DNA of 64,000 bases from Candidatus Peribacteria bacterium (GCA_023245775.1 JAHFJR010000003.1:3608-67607), one strand, 5' to 3'; positions 1 to 9,487 are shown, numbered from the stretch's first letter. The notes: generated by a model from the letters alone, not told the origin. Made by a program: numbers and translations.

Positions 1-3000
1 CCGTCATCGTCGAAGGGACGATCTCGGGAGCGCTGCTTAGAGGAGCAGGTCTTGGCAGCTGTAATGGCACGACGCAGAAGCTCCTCTACAACAACACATC
101 ATTCAAATTTGAATGTGGGACAGACCTCCTTGGCAGTTTCGGTACCGGTAATGTGTTGATCATTGGTGACAATCGCTATGTCAATACCTCTGGCGACACG
201 ATGACCGGCGCACTCACGATCAACCTCACCTCCGGTTCTCTCGGACTCAAGATTCTCAACACCGCCTCCGGCAATATTATCCACGCTGAGAAGAACCTCA
301 CGAGCTCCGGAACCATCATCGCAGTGAATGACATTCTTAGTCGAAACGGTACCGCGAAGACGAAAGGCTACGTCCTCTTCTCTGGCGCAACCCTCTCGGA
401 AATGTCTGGTTTCAATGAATCCGTAAACTTGATCCACTCCGGCCTCGCAACCAACACCATCACACGTCTCACGAATCAGGGTGATCTTGTGAATATCGGT
501 ACGATTCAATCCGGCGAAGCGCACTTCAGAAGGGGTGGGACGTTTGCGACGAAGGTGGACTATACGACGGCTTTCGCTCCCATCTCGGTTGCCATCGGAG
601 ACCTCAACGGAGACAGTAAGGCTGATCTTGCTGTTGCAAATAACAACTCAAATTCCGTCTCTGTCTTCCTCAATAACGGCAACGGCACCTTCGCCTCCAA
701 GGTGGACTATACAACAGGCACAAATCCACACATTGTCTCCATCGGAGACCTGAACGGCGACGGAAATCCCGATCTTGCTGTCGCAAACTACAACTCAAAT
801 TCCGTCTCTGTCTTCCTCAATAACGGTAACGGCACCTTCGCTTCCAAAGTGGATTATACGACGGGAACGCATCCATACTCCGTCTCCATCGGAGATCTGA
901 GCGGCGACGGGAAGCCCGATCTTGCTGTCACAAACTTTGGCTCAACCTCCGTCTCTGTCTTCCTCAATAACGGCAACGGCACCTTCGCCTCCAAGGTGGA
1001 TTACACAACCGGCTCAAGTCCAGAATCCGTCTCCATCGGAGACCTGAGCGGCGACGGCAAGCCTGATCTTGCTGTCGCGAACAGAGACTCAAACACCGTC
1101 TCTGTCTTCCTCAATAACGGCAACGGCACCTTCGCCTCCAAGGTGGATTACACAACCGGCTCAAGTCCAGAATCCGTCGCCATCGGCGACCTCAATGGTG
1201 ACGGGAAGTCAGATCTTGCTGTTGCAAATAACAACTCAAATTCCGTCTCTGTCTTCCTCAATAACGGCAACGGCACCTTCGCCTCCAAGGTGGATTACAC
1301 AACCGGCTCAAGTCCAGAATCCGTCTCCATCGGAGACCTGAGCGGCGATGGCAAGCCCGATCTTGCGGTGGCAAACTACGGCTCAGATACTGTCTCCGTC
1401 TTCCTCAATAACGGCAACGGAACCTATGCGACGAAAGTGGATTATACGACAGGCACAAATCCATACTCCGTCTCCATCGGAGACCTGAACGGTGATGGTA
1501 AGGCAGATCTTGCGACTGCAAATAGTGGCAGCAGCTCCGTCTCCGTCTTCCTCAACAACTCTCGCACGATCCTCTATGCCAGTGCTGGCACCGGCGGAGC
1601 GGTCGGTATCGGTACCTCCACCCCGGGTTCCATTCTCGCGGTCTCCGGTGCCGTGCTCATCAACAGAAACGGCAATATTCTGAATACGTCAGCCGACGTC
1701 GGTCTCTCCCTCGAAGTCATCGGCACGATGTCCGGTCGCATTCTCCATGCGCAGGATCTGCTCCGCTCATCGGGTTCCGTCATCGTCGAAGGGACAATCT
1801 CGGGAGCTCTGCTTCGAGGAGCAGGTCTTGGCAGCTGCAACAGCTCTCTGCAGAAGCTCCTGTACAACAACACATCATTCAAATTTGAATGTGGGACAGA
1901 CCTCCTTGGCAGTTTTGGCACGGGCAATGTACTAATCATTGGTGACAATCGTTATGTCAATACCTCTGGCGACACCATGACTGGTGCACTCACGATCAAC
2001 CTGACGAGTGGCTTCCTCGGACTCAAGGTTCTCAACACCGCTTCCGGAAATATTCTCCACGCAGAGAAACAACTCAGTTCCTCCGGAACCATCATCGCAG
2101 TGAATGACATTCTCTCTCGAAACGGCACCGCGAAGACGAAAGGCTTCGTGCTCTTCTCTGGAGCCACACTCTCCGAAATGAGCGGCTTCAATGAATCCGT
2201 GAACCTCATCCACTCCGGCCTCGCAACGAACACCGTCACACGCCTCACGAATCAGGGTGATCTCGTCAATATCGGCACCATCCAGTCCGGAGAAGCGCAC
2301 TTCAGGAGAGGTGGGACATTCCTGCCGAAGACCGATTACACGACGGGGACAAATCCCTATGCTGTTGCAGCTGGAGATCTGAATGGAGATGGCAAGTCTG
2401 ATTTGGTTGTTGCAAACATCAATAGCGATTCGCTTTCTGTCTTTATTGGTACGGGCTCAGGTCTTTTCGTTGCAAAGTTTGATTACACGACGGGCAGTAG
2501 ACCGACCTCCGTTTCTATCGGAGATCTAAATGGAGATGGGAAGTCTGATTTAGCTGTTACAAATTACACTTCAAATTCTGTCTCTATCCTCCTCAATAAT
2601 GGTAACGGCACCTTCGCTTCCAAGGTGGACTACACGACGGGCTCACTTCCTTGGTCAGTTGCAATTAATGATCTCAATGGCGACGGCAAACCGGATCTCG
2701 CGGTCGCGAATAACACCTCCAGTACCGTCTCCATTTTCCTCAATCTCGGCAATGGTACCTTCGCATCCAAAGTCGATTACACGACCGGCTCAGGTCCATA
2801 CTCCGTTTCTATTGGCGACCTGAGTGGAGACGGCAAGGCAGATCTCGCTGTTGCGAATCAAAGCTCAAACTCTGTCTCCGTCTTCCTCAATAATGGCAAT
2901 GGCACCTTCGCCTCCAGAGTCGATTACACAACGGGTACCACTCCTTGGTCAGTTGCAATTAATGATCTCAACGGAGATGGAAAGGCTGATCTTGCGGTCG

Positions 3001-5330
3001 CCAACCAAGGTGGTACAGTTTCTGTATTCCTCAATAATGGTAACGGCACCTTCGCCACCAAGGTCGATTATGCAACAGCCTCAGGTTCAACATGGGTCGC
3101 TATCGGAGACGTCAATGGTGATGGCAAGCCAGACCTTGCCGTTGCAAATGAGACTTCAAATTCCGTCTCTATTCTCCTCAATAATGGTAACGGCACCTTC
3201 GCCACCAAGGTCGATTATACGACTGGTAGTGCACCTCATTCAATTGCTATCGGAGACCTCAATGGCGATGGCAAAGCTGATCTTGCTGTTGCAAATTACA
3301 GTTCAAATACCGTCTCCGTCCTCCTCAACAATGCTCGCACCATTCTCTATGCCAGCTCAGGCACCGGCGGCGCCGTTGGCATCGGTACCTCCACACCGGG
3401 TTCCGCACTCGCAGTCTCGGGTGCTGTGCTCATCAACAGAAACGGAAATATTCTGAATACATCCGCTGACGTCGGCCTCGCACTTGAAGTCATCGGCACG
3501 ATGTCGGGTCGCATTCTCCATGCACAGGATCTGCTCCGCTCATCGGGTTCCGTCATCGTCGAAGGGACGATCTCGGGAGCGCTGCTTCGAGGAGCAGGTC
3601 TTGGCAGCTGCAACAGCACAACCCAGAAGCTCCTCTACAACAATACATCATTCAAATTTGAATGTGGGACAGACCTCCTTGGCAGTTTCGGCACGGGTAA
3701 CGTGATGACGATTGGTGATGCGCGCTATGTGAATACCAGTGGCGACACCATGACTGGCGCCCTCACCATCAATCTCACTTCCGGCTTCCTCGGCCTCAAG
3801 GTTCTCAACACGGCTTCCGGAAATATTCTCCACGCAGAGAAACAACTCAGTTCCTCCGGAACGATCATCGCAGTGAATGACATTCTCTCTCGAAACGGCA
3901 CCGCCAAAACCAAAGGTTTCGTCCTCTTCTCTGGGGCAACCCTTTCCGAAATGTCTGGCTTCAATGAATCGGTGAACCTCATCCACTCCGGCCTCGCAAC
4001 CAACTCCATCACGCGTCTCACCAACCAGGGTGACCTCGTCAATATCGGCACCATCCAGTCCGGTGAGGCGCACTTCAGAAGGGGCGGGACATTCCTGCCG
4101 AAGACGGATTATACGACAGGTTCACTGCCAAATTTTGTCTCTATGGGAGACTTGAATGGCGATGGAAAAGCAGATCTTGTTGTTGTCAACCAAACCTCAA
4201 GTACCGTCTCTGTCTTCCTGAACAATAGCAATGGCACCTTTGCTTCTAAAGTTGATTATACGACTGGCTCAAGTCCACGCTCCGTCTCCATCGGAGACCT
4301 GAATGGCGATGGAAAAGTAGATCTTGCAGTTGCAAATGCCAATGATAGCACTGTCTCCGTCTTCCTGAACAATAGCAATGGCACCTTTGCTTCCAAAGTC
4401 GATTATACGACAGGCACAAGTCCATATTCCGTCTCCATTGGAGACCTCAATGGCGATGGCAAAGCAGATCTTGCTGTTACGAACATTGGTATCGGTGTCA
4501 AAACCGTCTCCGTTCTCCTCAATAATGGCAACGGCACCTTTGCTCTGAAGGTCGATTACGCAACCGGAACGAATCCATACCCTGTTGTTATCGGAGACCT
4601 GAATGGCGACGGTAAGGAAGATCTTGCAGTTGCAAATGCCGATGATAGTACTGTCTCGATCCTCCTCAATAACGGCAACGGGACATTCTCTACGAAGGTC
4701 GATTACACGACGGGTTCAAGTCCACGCTCCGTCTCCATCGGAGACCTGAATGGTGATGGGAAAGCAGATCTTGCTGTTGTGAATGGAAGTGATAGTACTG
4801 TCTCCATTCTCCTCAATAACGGCAACGGCACCTTCGCTACCAAGGTCGATTATACGACCAGCACAATTCCACAGTCGGTCTCTATGGGAGACATGAACGG
4901 TGATGGGAAGGCAGACCTTGCGGTTGTGGGTTCGAGCGAAAATGTAGTTTCTATTTTCCTGAATAATGGCAATGGCACCTTTGCTGCGAGAGTCATTTAT
5001 GCGACTGGCACAAATCCAATCTCCGTCTCCATCGGAGACCTCAACGGAGACGGAAAGGCAGATCTTGCTGTCGCGAACAGCTCAAACTCTGTCTCCGTCC
5101 TCCTCAACGACTCCCGCACCATCCTCTATGCCTCCGCTGGCACCGGCGGTGCCGTTGGCATCGGTACTTCCACTCCGGGTTCGGCCCTCGCGGTCTCCGG
5201 TGCCGTGCTCATCAACAGAAACGGAAACATCGCAAACAGTGCAGCCGACGTCGGCCTCGCACTCGAAGTCATCGGCACGATGTCCGGTCGTATTCTGCAT
5301 GCGAACGATCTCCTCAGATCTTCCGGCTCG
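1..5330 (+). repeat. Coding super-repeat, period 1776/1773 nt (three full units plus the tail of a fourth)
   Basis: Unit starts (GGN AAY GTN = G-N-V) lie at 147, 1923 and 3696. Connector and linker segments are near-identical at the nucleotide level, while the blade segments are clearly more diverged. Confidence 0.95.
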
Positions 5331-7445
5331 CTCGCGATCGAGGGTGCGTCATACTTCGGTTCCGGCGTCACAATTCGCACCACCCACACCAGTGCCGGCG
5401 CCAGCGAATTCACCATCATCACCGACTACACCAGCACCAGTAACAAGGTCTTCCGCGTCTCTGCCTCCGGTGCCGTCTACGCCGATGGCAGATATAACTC
5501 CGCTGGAGCTGACTACGCGGAGTGGTTCCAGACTTCGCGCTCCGGCGCTTCGTCCGACAGGCCCCTTGAGCCCGGCGAAGTGGTGTGTATCGATGTCACG
5601 CAGAACAACACCGTCAAACGCTGTGAGCGCTCTGCTGATCCTAACCTCATGGGCATCGTCTCCACCCACCCCGCCTTTGTGGGAAACGTCGTCTCTGGGG
5701 CCGACGGAGTCATACCACCAGGCTACGCGTTGATCGGATTGATCGGTCAGGTGCCTGCCATGGCTTCGCTGGAGAACGGTCCGATCCGCGCCGGAGATTC
5801 TGTCACCTCGGCAGAAACCCCAGGATACATTCGGAGAGCCAATGCCGGAGAATCCACCGTGGGTGTCGCCCTCGAAGCCTTCGATGGTGTGACGGCAGAC
5901 GGCTCACGACTCATCAATGTCCTTATTTCTAGGCGCAATCAGTCGCCGACAGTCGAACTCGTCGAACAGAAAGTGTTGGATTCCATCAAGGCCATGGACA
6001 TCACGGAGCAAATCAACAAGCTTGTTTCTTCCGTCTCGCAGAATCTAAACCTCGACGACCGCGTCACGCAGGCTCTGAACACGCAGCTTCAAGCCTTCGA
6101 CCTCGAGTCCGAAGTCAACCGTCTCGTCGATCTCCGCCTCGCCTCCCTCAACCTCACCTCCAGTTCAGCTGTCCTCACCTTCGCCAACTCCCTCACCGGC
6201 TCCTTCTTCCAGTCCCTCGCGAAGGCTGTTGCTTCGGAGCTGAGTTCTCCCACGACGGATGTTGATACGGCATCGATCTCGACTGGGAATGAAGTAAGAA
6301 TGAAGAATGATGAATCAAGGATCTCGCATCTTGAGTCCGTCCTCTCTGCTACCGGCGGTGTTGTTCGTTTTGCCTCAGGTACCACTCTGCATGCTGCAGC
6401 ATTGGATCTCAGTAGTGGAGCCACCATCCGTGGCAATCTCCACCTCTCCGGTGCCCTGATCATTTCCGACAACTTCTCTCTCCTCTCTGTTCACTACTCA
6501 CTCCTCACTATTTCCGGGACCGGCGTCCAGATTGGTTCTCTGATGGCCTCCGGTTCCCTCAAGGTCATCGGTCCGATCACCATCACCGGACTCGCCACCT
6601 TCCTCGGTGACGTGCAGATCAAGGGACAGCTGATTCTTAGCAACAAGCAGGCAGGATTCGCTGTGATCCCGAAGACTGGGACATCCGTGATCGTTCATTT
6701 CCCACTCCCGATGGTCGGTACTCCGATCGTCACGGCGACAGCCGATGTTCCGGTTGGGTATGCCGTGACGAAGACGAGTGCCACGGGCTTCACACTCCGT
6801 ATCGCAGAGCCTGCAACCGAGGACATCACCTTCAGTTTCATCGCGCTCTCTGCCGATCAGCCCTTCACGACGGTCGCTGGTTCTCATGCAACGGCGACGG
6901 CTTCGCTGATTCCGTTCCCCGTGAATATCTTCGGTCAGCCCGTGAGCTCCGATCCTCTGTGGAATGGCTGCATTGCAGGACATCCGGTTCTGAATTCCGA
7001 TGGTGTGCCCTTCAGTTGCAGTCGCTACCACTCCAGTTACGCGTGGGATCACCCCGATCTCCATATCAGTTTCCTCTACAATCCAAATCACGATCCCGCG
7101 ATTCTGACTCTGCCCGAGGGATACATCGTGGTGATCGTCTCGAGTGATGGAACCACGACTCCAGTGACTCCGGCCGAGGAGACTCCGATCGTCGAGACTC
7201 CACCATCCTCTTCGACTGGTTCTGGTCTTCTCGATGCATCGAGCGGATCCACCGTATCGGTTGATTCGCAGACGGGAGCGATCATCCCATCTTCAGTATC
7301 TGGGTCACGAGGTGAAACAGGGAGTTCCGTCATCACCTTCTTCGGTGCAACGACGCTCGAGTCTTCTCCTGAGTCTGGAGATGGCGCGGAAACAACATTG
7401 AGTGGCACGGGAACAGCACTGAGTGGGACGGGAGTGACGCAGTAG
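1..7445 (+). CDS. Giant surface/adhesin-like repeat protein, 5'-truncated by the window edge (tail-fibre-like connectors + FG-GAP/VCBS beta-propellers)
   Basis: The frame is open from nt 3. Nt 1-152 repeat the unit junction seen at 1777-1930 and 3550-3700, so the ATG at 153 is internal. Each ~591-aa unit has a ~125-aa connector (GDxRYVNTSGDTMTGALTINL), seven ~46-aa blades (GDLNGDGKxDLAVAN...SVFLNNGNGTF) and a Gly/Ser linker. The C-terminus carries an ADYAEWF...PGEVV...GIVS module, a heptad-like region and an S/T/P-rich tail. Stop TAG at 7443-7445. Confidence 0.9.
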   Translation, partial: VIVEGTISGALLRGAGLGSCNGTTQKLLYNNTSFKFECGTDLLGSFGTGNVLIIGDNRYVNTSGDTMTGALTINLTSGSLGLKILNTASGNIIHAEKNLTSSGTIIAVNDILSRNGTAKTKGYVLFSGATLSEMSGFNESVNLIHSGLATNTITRLTNQGDLVNIGTIQSGEAHFRRGGTFATKVDYTTAFAPISVAIGDLNGDSKADLAVANNNSNSVSVFLNNGNGTFASKVDYTTGTNPHIVSIGDLNGDGNPDLAVANYNSNSVSVFLNNGNGTFASKVDYTTGTHPYSVSIGDLSGDGKPDLAVTNFGSTSVSVFLNNGNGTFASKVDYTTGSSPESVSIGDLSGDGKPDLAVANRDSNTVSVFLNNGNGTFASKVDYTTGSSPESVAIGDLNGDGKSDLAVANNNSNSVSVFLNNGNGTFASKVDYTTGSSPESVSIGDLSGDGKPDLAVANYGSDTVSVFLNNGNGTYATKVDYTTGTNPYSVSIGDLNGDGKADLATANSGSSSVSVFLNNSRTILYASAGTGGAVGIGTSTPGSILAVSGAVLINRNGNILNTSADVGLSLEVIGTMSGRILHAQDLLRSSGSVIVEGTISGALLRGAGLGSCNSSLQKLLYNNTSFKFECGTDLLGSFGTGNVLIIGDNRYVNTSGDTMTGALTINLTSGFLGLKVLNTASGNILHAEKQLSSSGTIIAVNDILSRNGTAKTKGFVLFSGATLSEMSGFNESVNLIHSGLATNTVTRLTNQGDLVNIGTIQSGEAHFRRGGTFLPKTDYTTGTNPYAVAAGDLNGDGKSDLVVANINSDSLSVFIGTGSGLFVAKFDYTTGSRPTSVSIGDLNGDGKSDLAVTNYTSNSVSILLNNGNGTFASKVDYTTGSLPWSVAINDLNGDGKPDLAVANNTSSTVSIFLNLGNGTFASKVDYTTGSGPYSVSIGDLSGDGKADLAVANQSSNSVSVFLNNGNGTFASRVDYTTGTTPWSVAINDLNGDGKADLAVANQGGTVSVFLNNGNGTFATKVDYATASGSTWVAIGDVNGDGKPDLAVANETSNSVSILLNNGNGTFATKVDYTTGSAPHSIAIGDLNGDGKADLAVANYSSNTVSVLLNNARTILYASSGTGGAVGIGTSTPGSALAVSGAVLINRNGNILNTSADVGLALEVIGTMSGRILHAQDLLRSSGSVIVEGTISGALLRGAGLGSCNSTTQKLLYNNTSFKFECGTDLLGSFGTGNVMTIGDARYVNTSGDTMTGALTINLTSGFLGLKVLNTASGNILHAEKQLSSSGTIIAVNDILSRNGTAKTKGFVLFSGATLSEMSGFNESVNLIHSGLATNSITRLTNQGDLVNIGTIQSGEAHFRRGGTFLPKTDYTTGSLPNFVSMGDLNGDGKADLVVVNQTSSTVSVFLNNSNGTFASKVDYTTGSSPRSVSIGDLNGDGKVDLAVANANDSTVSVFLNNSNGTFASKVDYTTGTSPYSVSIGDLNGDGKADLAVTNIGIGVKTVSVLLNNGNGTFALKVDYATGTNPYPVVIGDLNGDGKEDLAVANADDSTVSILLNNGNGTFSTKVDYTTGSSPRSVSIGDLNGDGKADLAVVNGSDSTVSILLNNGNGTFATKVDYTTSTIPQSVSMGDMNGDGKADLAVVGSSENVVSIFLNNGNGTFAARVIYATGTNPISVSIGDLNGDGKADLAVANSSNSVSVLLNDSRTILYASAGTGGAVGIGTSTPGSALAVSGAVLINRNGNIANSAADVGLALEVIGTMSGRILHANDLLRSSGSLAIEGASYFGSGVTIRTTHTSAGASEFTIITDYTSTSNKVFRVSASGAVYADGRYNSAGADYAEWFQTSRSGASSDRPLEPGEVVCIDVTQNNTVKRCERSADPNLMGIVSTHPAFVGNVVSGADGVIPPGYALIGLIGQVPAMASLENGPIRAGDSVTSAETPGYIRRANAGESTVGVALEAFDGVTADGSRLINVLISRRNQSPTVELVEQKVLDSIKAMDITEQINKLVSSVSQNLNLDDRVTQALNTQLQAFDLESEVNRLVDLRLASLNLTSSSAVLTFANSLTGSFFQSLAKAVASELSSPTTDVDTASISTGNEVRMKNDESRISHLESVLSATGGVVRFASGTTLHAAALDLSSGATIRGNLHLSGALIISDNFSLLSVHYSLLTISGTGVQIGSLMASGSLKVIGPITITGLATFLGDVQIKGQLILSNKQAGFAVIPKTGTSVIVHFPLPMVGTPIVTATADVPVGYAVTKTSATGFTLRIAEPATEDITFSFIALSADQPFTTVAGSHATATASLIPFPVNIFGQPVSSDPLWNGCIAGHPVLNSDGVPFSCSRYHSSYAWDHPDLHISFLYNPNHDPAILTLPEGYIVVIVSSDGTTTPVTPAEETPIVETPPSSSTGSGLLDASSGSTVSVDSQTGAIIPSSVSGSRGETGSSVITFFGATTLESSPESGDGAETTLSGTGTALSGTGVTQ

Positions 7446-7459
7446 GAGATGATGATGCT

Positions 7460-7955
7460 TCAGATGCTCTGGCGCAGTGCTCGCCCTTTCCTTCTTTCAT
7501 GTTCTAGGAGCCACTTCTTGATCCTCAATCCTCCGCTGTACCCGCCAAGCCCTCCTGACGATCCGATCACTCGGTGGCAGGGAACGAGGAGAACGATAGG
7601 GTTCTTGCCGCAGGCTGAGCCAACTGCACGCACGGCCTTGGGTTTGCTGATGCGTTTTGCGATGTCTGCGTACGAGAGAGTTTTTCCGAAGGGAATTTTC
7701 TTCATCGTGCGCCAGACAGATTGTTGAAAATCCGTACCTTCGGACTTCAACGGTACGGAGAACGTTCTGCGTTTTCCTTCAAAATATTCTTTCAGTTCTT
7801 GTTCTGCTTTTTTTTAGAATCGGCGAAGGTTTTCTTTGAAGACTCTTCCTTGTCGTGCCGGATGTTTTGAACGATACTCGGACGATGTTTCCCCCGTCCA
7901 TCGTGATGTGCAGTCTGCCAACAGGGGAATCAAGAACAGAAGAAAATGCTTGCAT
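7460..7955 (-). pseudogene. ogt: Methylated-DNA-protein-cysteine methyltransferase (Ogt) interrupted by a 1-nt frameshift in an A8 run
   Basis: ORF 7460-7750 has GTDFQQSVW and the PCHRV active site. ORF 7779-7955, in another frame, has the N-domain SPVGRLHI. The frames meet at T8 (+ strand 7808-7815). Removing one base gives a contiguous ~164-aa Ogt reading ...PILKKAEQELKEYFEGKRRTFSVPLKSEGTDF... Confidence 0.85.
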
Positions 7956-8033
7956 ACACAGCAGTATACCCGAAATAGAGACAATGATTTTTTGGCTGCA
8001 GGACTTTCTTCTTCGATGCGTTCGTTCATTTGT

Positions 8034-8177
8034 TTGACAGTGTACGGGGAGCATGGCAAATTCTTGGCAGTGTCACGCACCCTGACGATCATCAGCTCCA
8101 TTATTATTTCCGCTTCCGTGCGGGGGTAGGAGCGTAACCAGATACGCATTCTCTCCTCCGCAGACGGAGGATTTTTT
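8034..8177 (+). promoter_or_regulatory. Candidate ilvA leader/attenuator (TTGACA box, Ile/Thr-rich leader ORF, terminator hairpin overlapping the ilvA SD)
   Basis: TTGACA at 8034-8039. Short ORF 8070-8129 (GTG; or TTG at 8064) encodes VSRTLTIISSIIISASVRG-stop. Hairpin TCCTCCG-CAGA-CGGAGGA at 8154-8171 is followed by T6 (8172-8177) and then the ilvA ATG at 8178. Confidence 0.4.
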
Positions 8178-9455
8178 ATGCCAAACCTTTCACTACCAAC
8201 CATCGGCGATATCGAAGCAGCTCGCAGAGAACTGCCGGAGGACTTTGTCTTTCGGACGCCGCTAGAGCCTCATGCCAGATTATCCAATCAGCATGGTGCT
8301 GATATCTATCTGAAGCGGGAAGACATGCAAGGAGGAAGGTCCTACAAACGTCGAGGGGCGGGTAATGCGATGCTTTTATTGCCACCTGAAACAAGGAAAA
8401 AAGGCGTTGTCTGTGCGAGTGCAGGGAATCACTCACAGGGTTTCAGTGCTTCCTGCAATTATTTTCATGTGCATGGGGTGGTCTTCATGCCAAAGAATAC
8501 TCCTCAGCAGAAGATCGATGCGACACGACAGTTAGGGAATGGTTTTGTGGAGATCAGACTCGTCGGAGATACGTTCGATGAAGCGAATGTTGCAGCGAGA
8601 AACTATGTCGCAGAGACCGGTGCCTCCTACATTCACCCGTTCGATGATGGTGATACGATTGCAGGTCAGGGGACCGTGGCGCTTGAAATATTTGAGCAGA
8701 TGTCTGCAATCCAAAGAAAGGTGGATCTTCTCCTTGTTCCTGTAGGCGGCGGCGGGTTAGTTGCGGGGAGTGCCATTTGTGCGTGTGGGAAGTCTCCACA
8801 GACAAAGGTCATCGGAGTCGAGCCGGAACATGCAGCAGCAATGCATGCATCCCTTGAACAAGGACACTTGGTTACATTGCAGAGGGATCGCATGAGCAGA
8901 TTCGTTGACGGTGCTGCGGTACTCACTCCGGGCGAACTGACATTTCAGGCAGTGAGAGATCTAGATGTGCAGATTAGGACAGTCCCAGAAGATCGCGTAT
9001 GCGGAACCATGATCGATTTGTTCAATAGGGAGGGGATGGTGACGGAACCCGCCGGAGTATTATCCATTGATGCCTTAACAGACATTGCTGCTGACATACA
9101 TGGACAGACGGTTGTCTGTGTCCTCAGTGGTTCGAATTTTGATCTTTCCCGTTATCCTGATGTTCTTGAGAGATCGGATCGCTTCAGAAGAAGGAAGCGA
9201 TATTTTACCGTTGAAATGCCAAATCGCCCAGAAGCACTGAGCGAGTTACTCGATCTCATCACGACAAGTTCAGTGAATATCTCGGATATTGATTTTCATC
9301 AAGTTGCCTCCGGTGGAATGGCAAACTGTTTCATCGGTCTTGAGTCGATTGAATCAGGTGTCCTCGATCAAGCAGTTTTACGGTTGCGAGGGTATGGCAC
9401 CGTGGAAGAAGAGACAAAGAATCCTCTCCTTGCAGAGCTTCTGAAGAGAAGATAG
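8178..9455 (+). CDS. ilvA: Threonine ammonia-lyase (threonine dehydratase), PLP-dependent, with C-terminal ACT-like regulatory domain
   Basis: SYKRRGAGN (PLP-lysine motif), ASAGNHSQG and the GGGGL loop. Length 425 aa. GGAGGA SD 7 nt upstream of the ATG. Confidence 0.9.
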   Translation: MPNLSLPTIGDIEAARRELPEDFVFRTPLEPHARLSNQHGADIYLKREDMQGGRSYKRRGAGNAMLLLPPETRKKGVVCASAGNHSQGFSASCNYFHVHGVVFMPKNTPQQKIDATRQLGNGFVEIRLVGDTFDEANVAARNYVAETGASYIHPFDDGDTIAGQGTVALEIFEQMSAIQRKVDLLLVPVGGGGLVAGSAICACGKSPQTKVIGVEPEHAAAMHASLEQGHLVTLQRDRMSRFVDGAAVLTPGELTFQAVRDLDVQIRTVPEDRVCGTMIDLFNREGMVTEPAGVLSIDALTDIAADIHGQTVVCVLSGSNFDLSRYPDVLERSDRFRRRKRYFTVEMPNRPEALSELLDLITTSSVNISDIDFHQVASGGMANCFIGLESIESGVLDQAVLRLRGYGTVEEETKNPLLAELLKRR

Positions 9456-9481
9456 AAACAGTCTCCAGAGTTGGATACAAT
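9453..9481 (+). promoter_or_regulatory. Putative promoter TAGAAA-N17-TACAAT placing +1 at the ATG of the ABC ATPase gene (leaderless arrangement)
   Basis: TACAAT at 9476-9481 and ATG at 9488, exactly 7 nt after the hexamer. Confidence 0.35.
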
Positions 9482-9487
9482 CTGCCC

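Noticed and set aside
99-4073. Three paralogous antisense ORFs of 122-141 aa (99-524, 1932-2300, 3648-4073), plus many smaller ORFs in both strands of the giant gene.
   Set aside because: They recur only because the sense-strand 1.77-kb unit recurs. They have no motifs and lie wholly inside a strongly supported repeat CDS. They are typical shadow ORFs of GC-rich repetitive coding DNA.
1-7445. A diversity-generating retroelement or other targeted hypermutation system acting on the FG-GAP blades.
   Set aside because: No reverse transcriptase, template repeat or adenine-specific substitution pattern could be identified in the window. Divergence looks like ordinary paralog drift.
8070-8129. Annotating the Ile-rich mini-ORF as a confirmed CDS.
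   Set aside because: It has a non-ATG start, no SD and no comparative evidence. It is reported only as part of a hypothetical attenuator.
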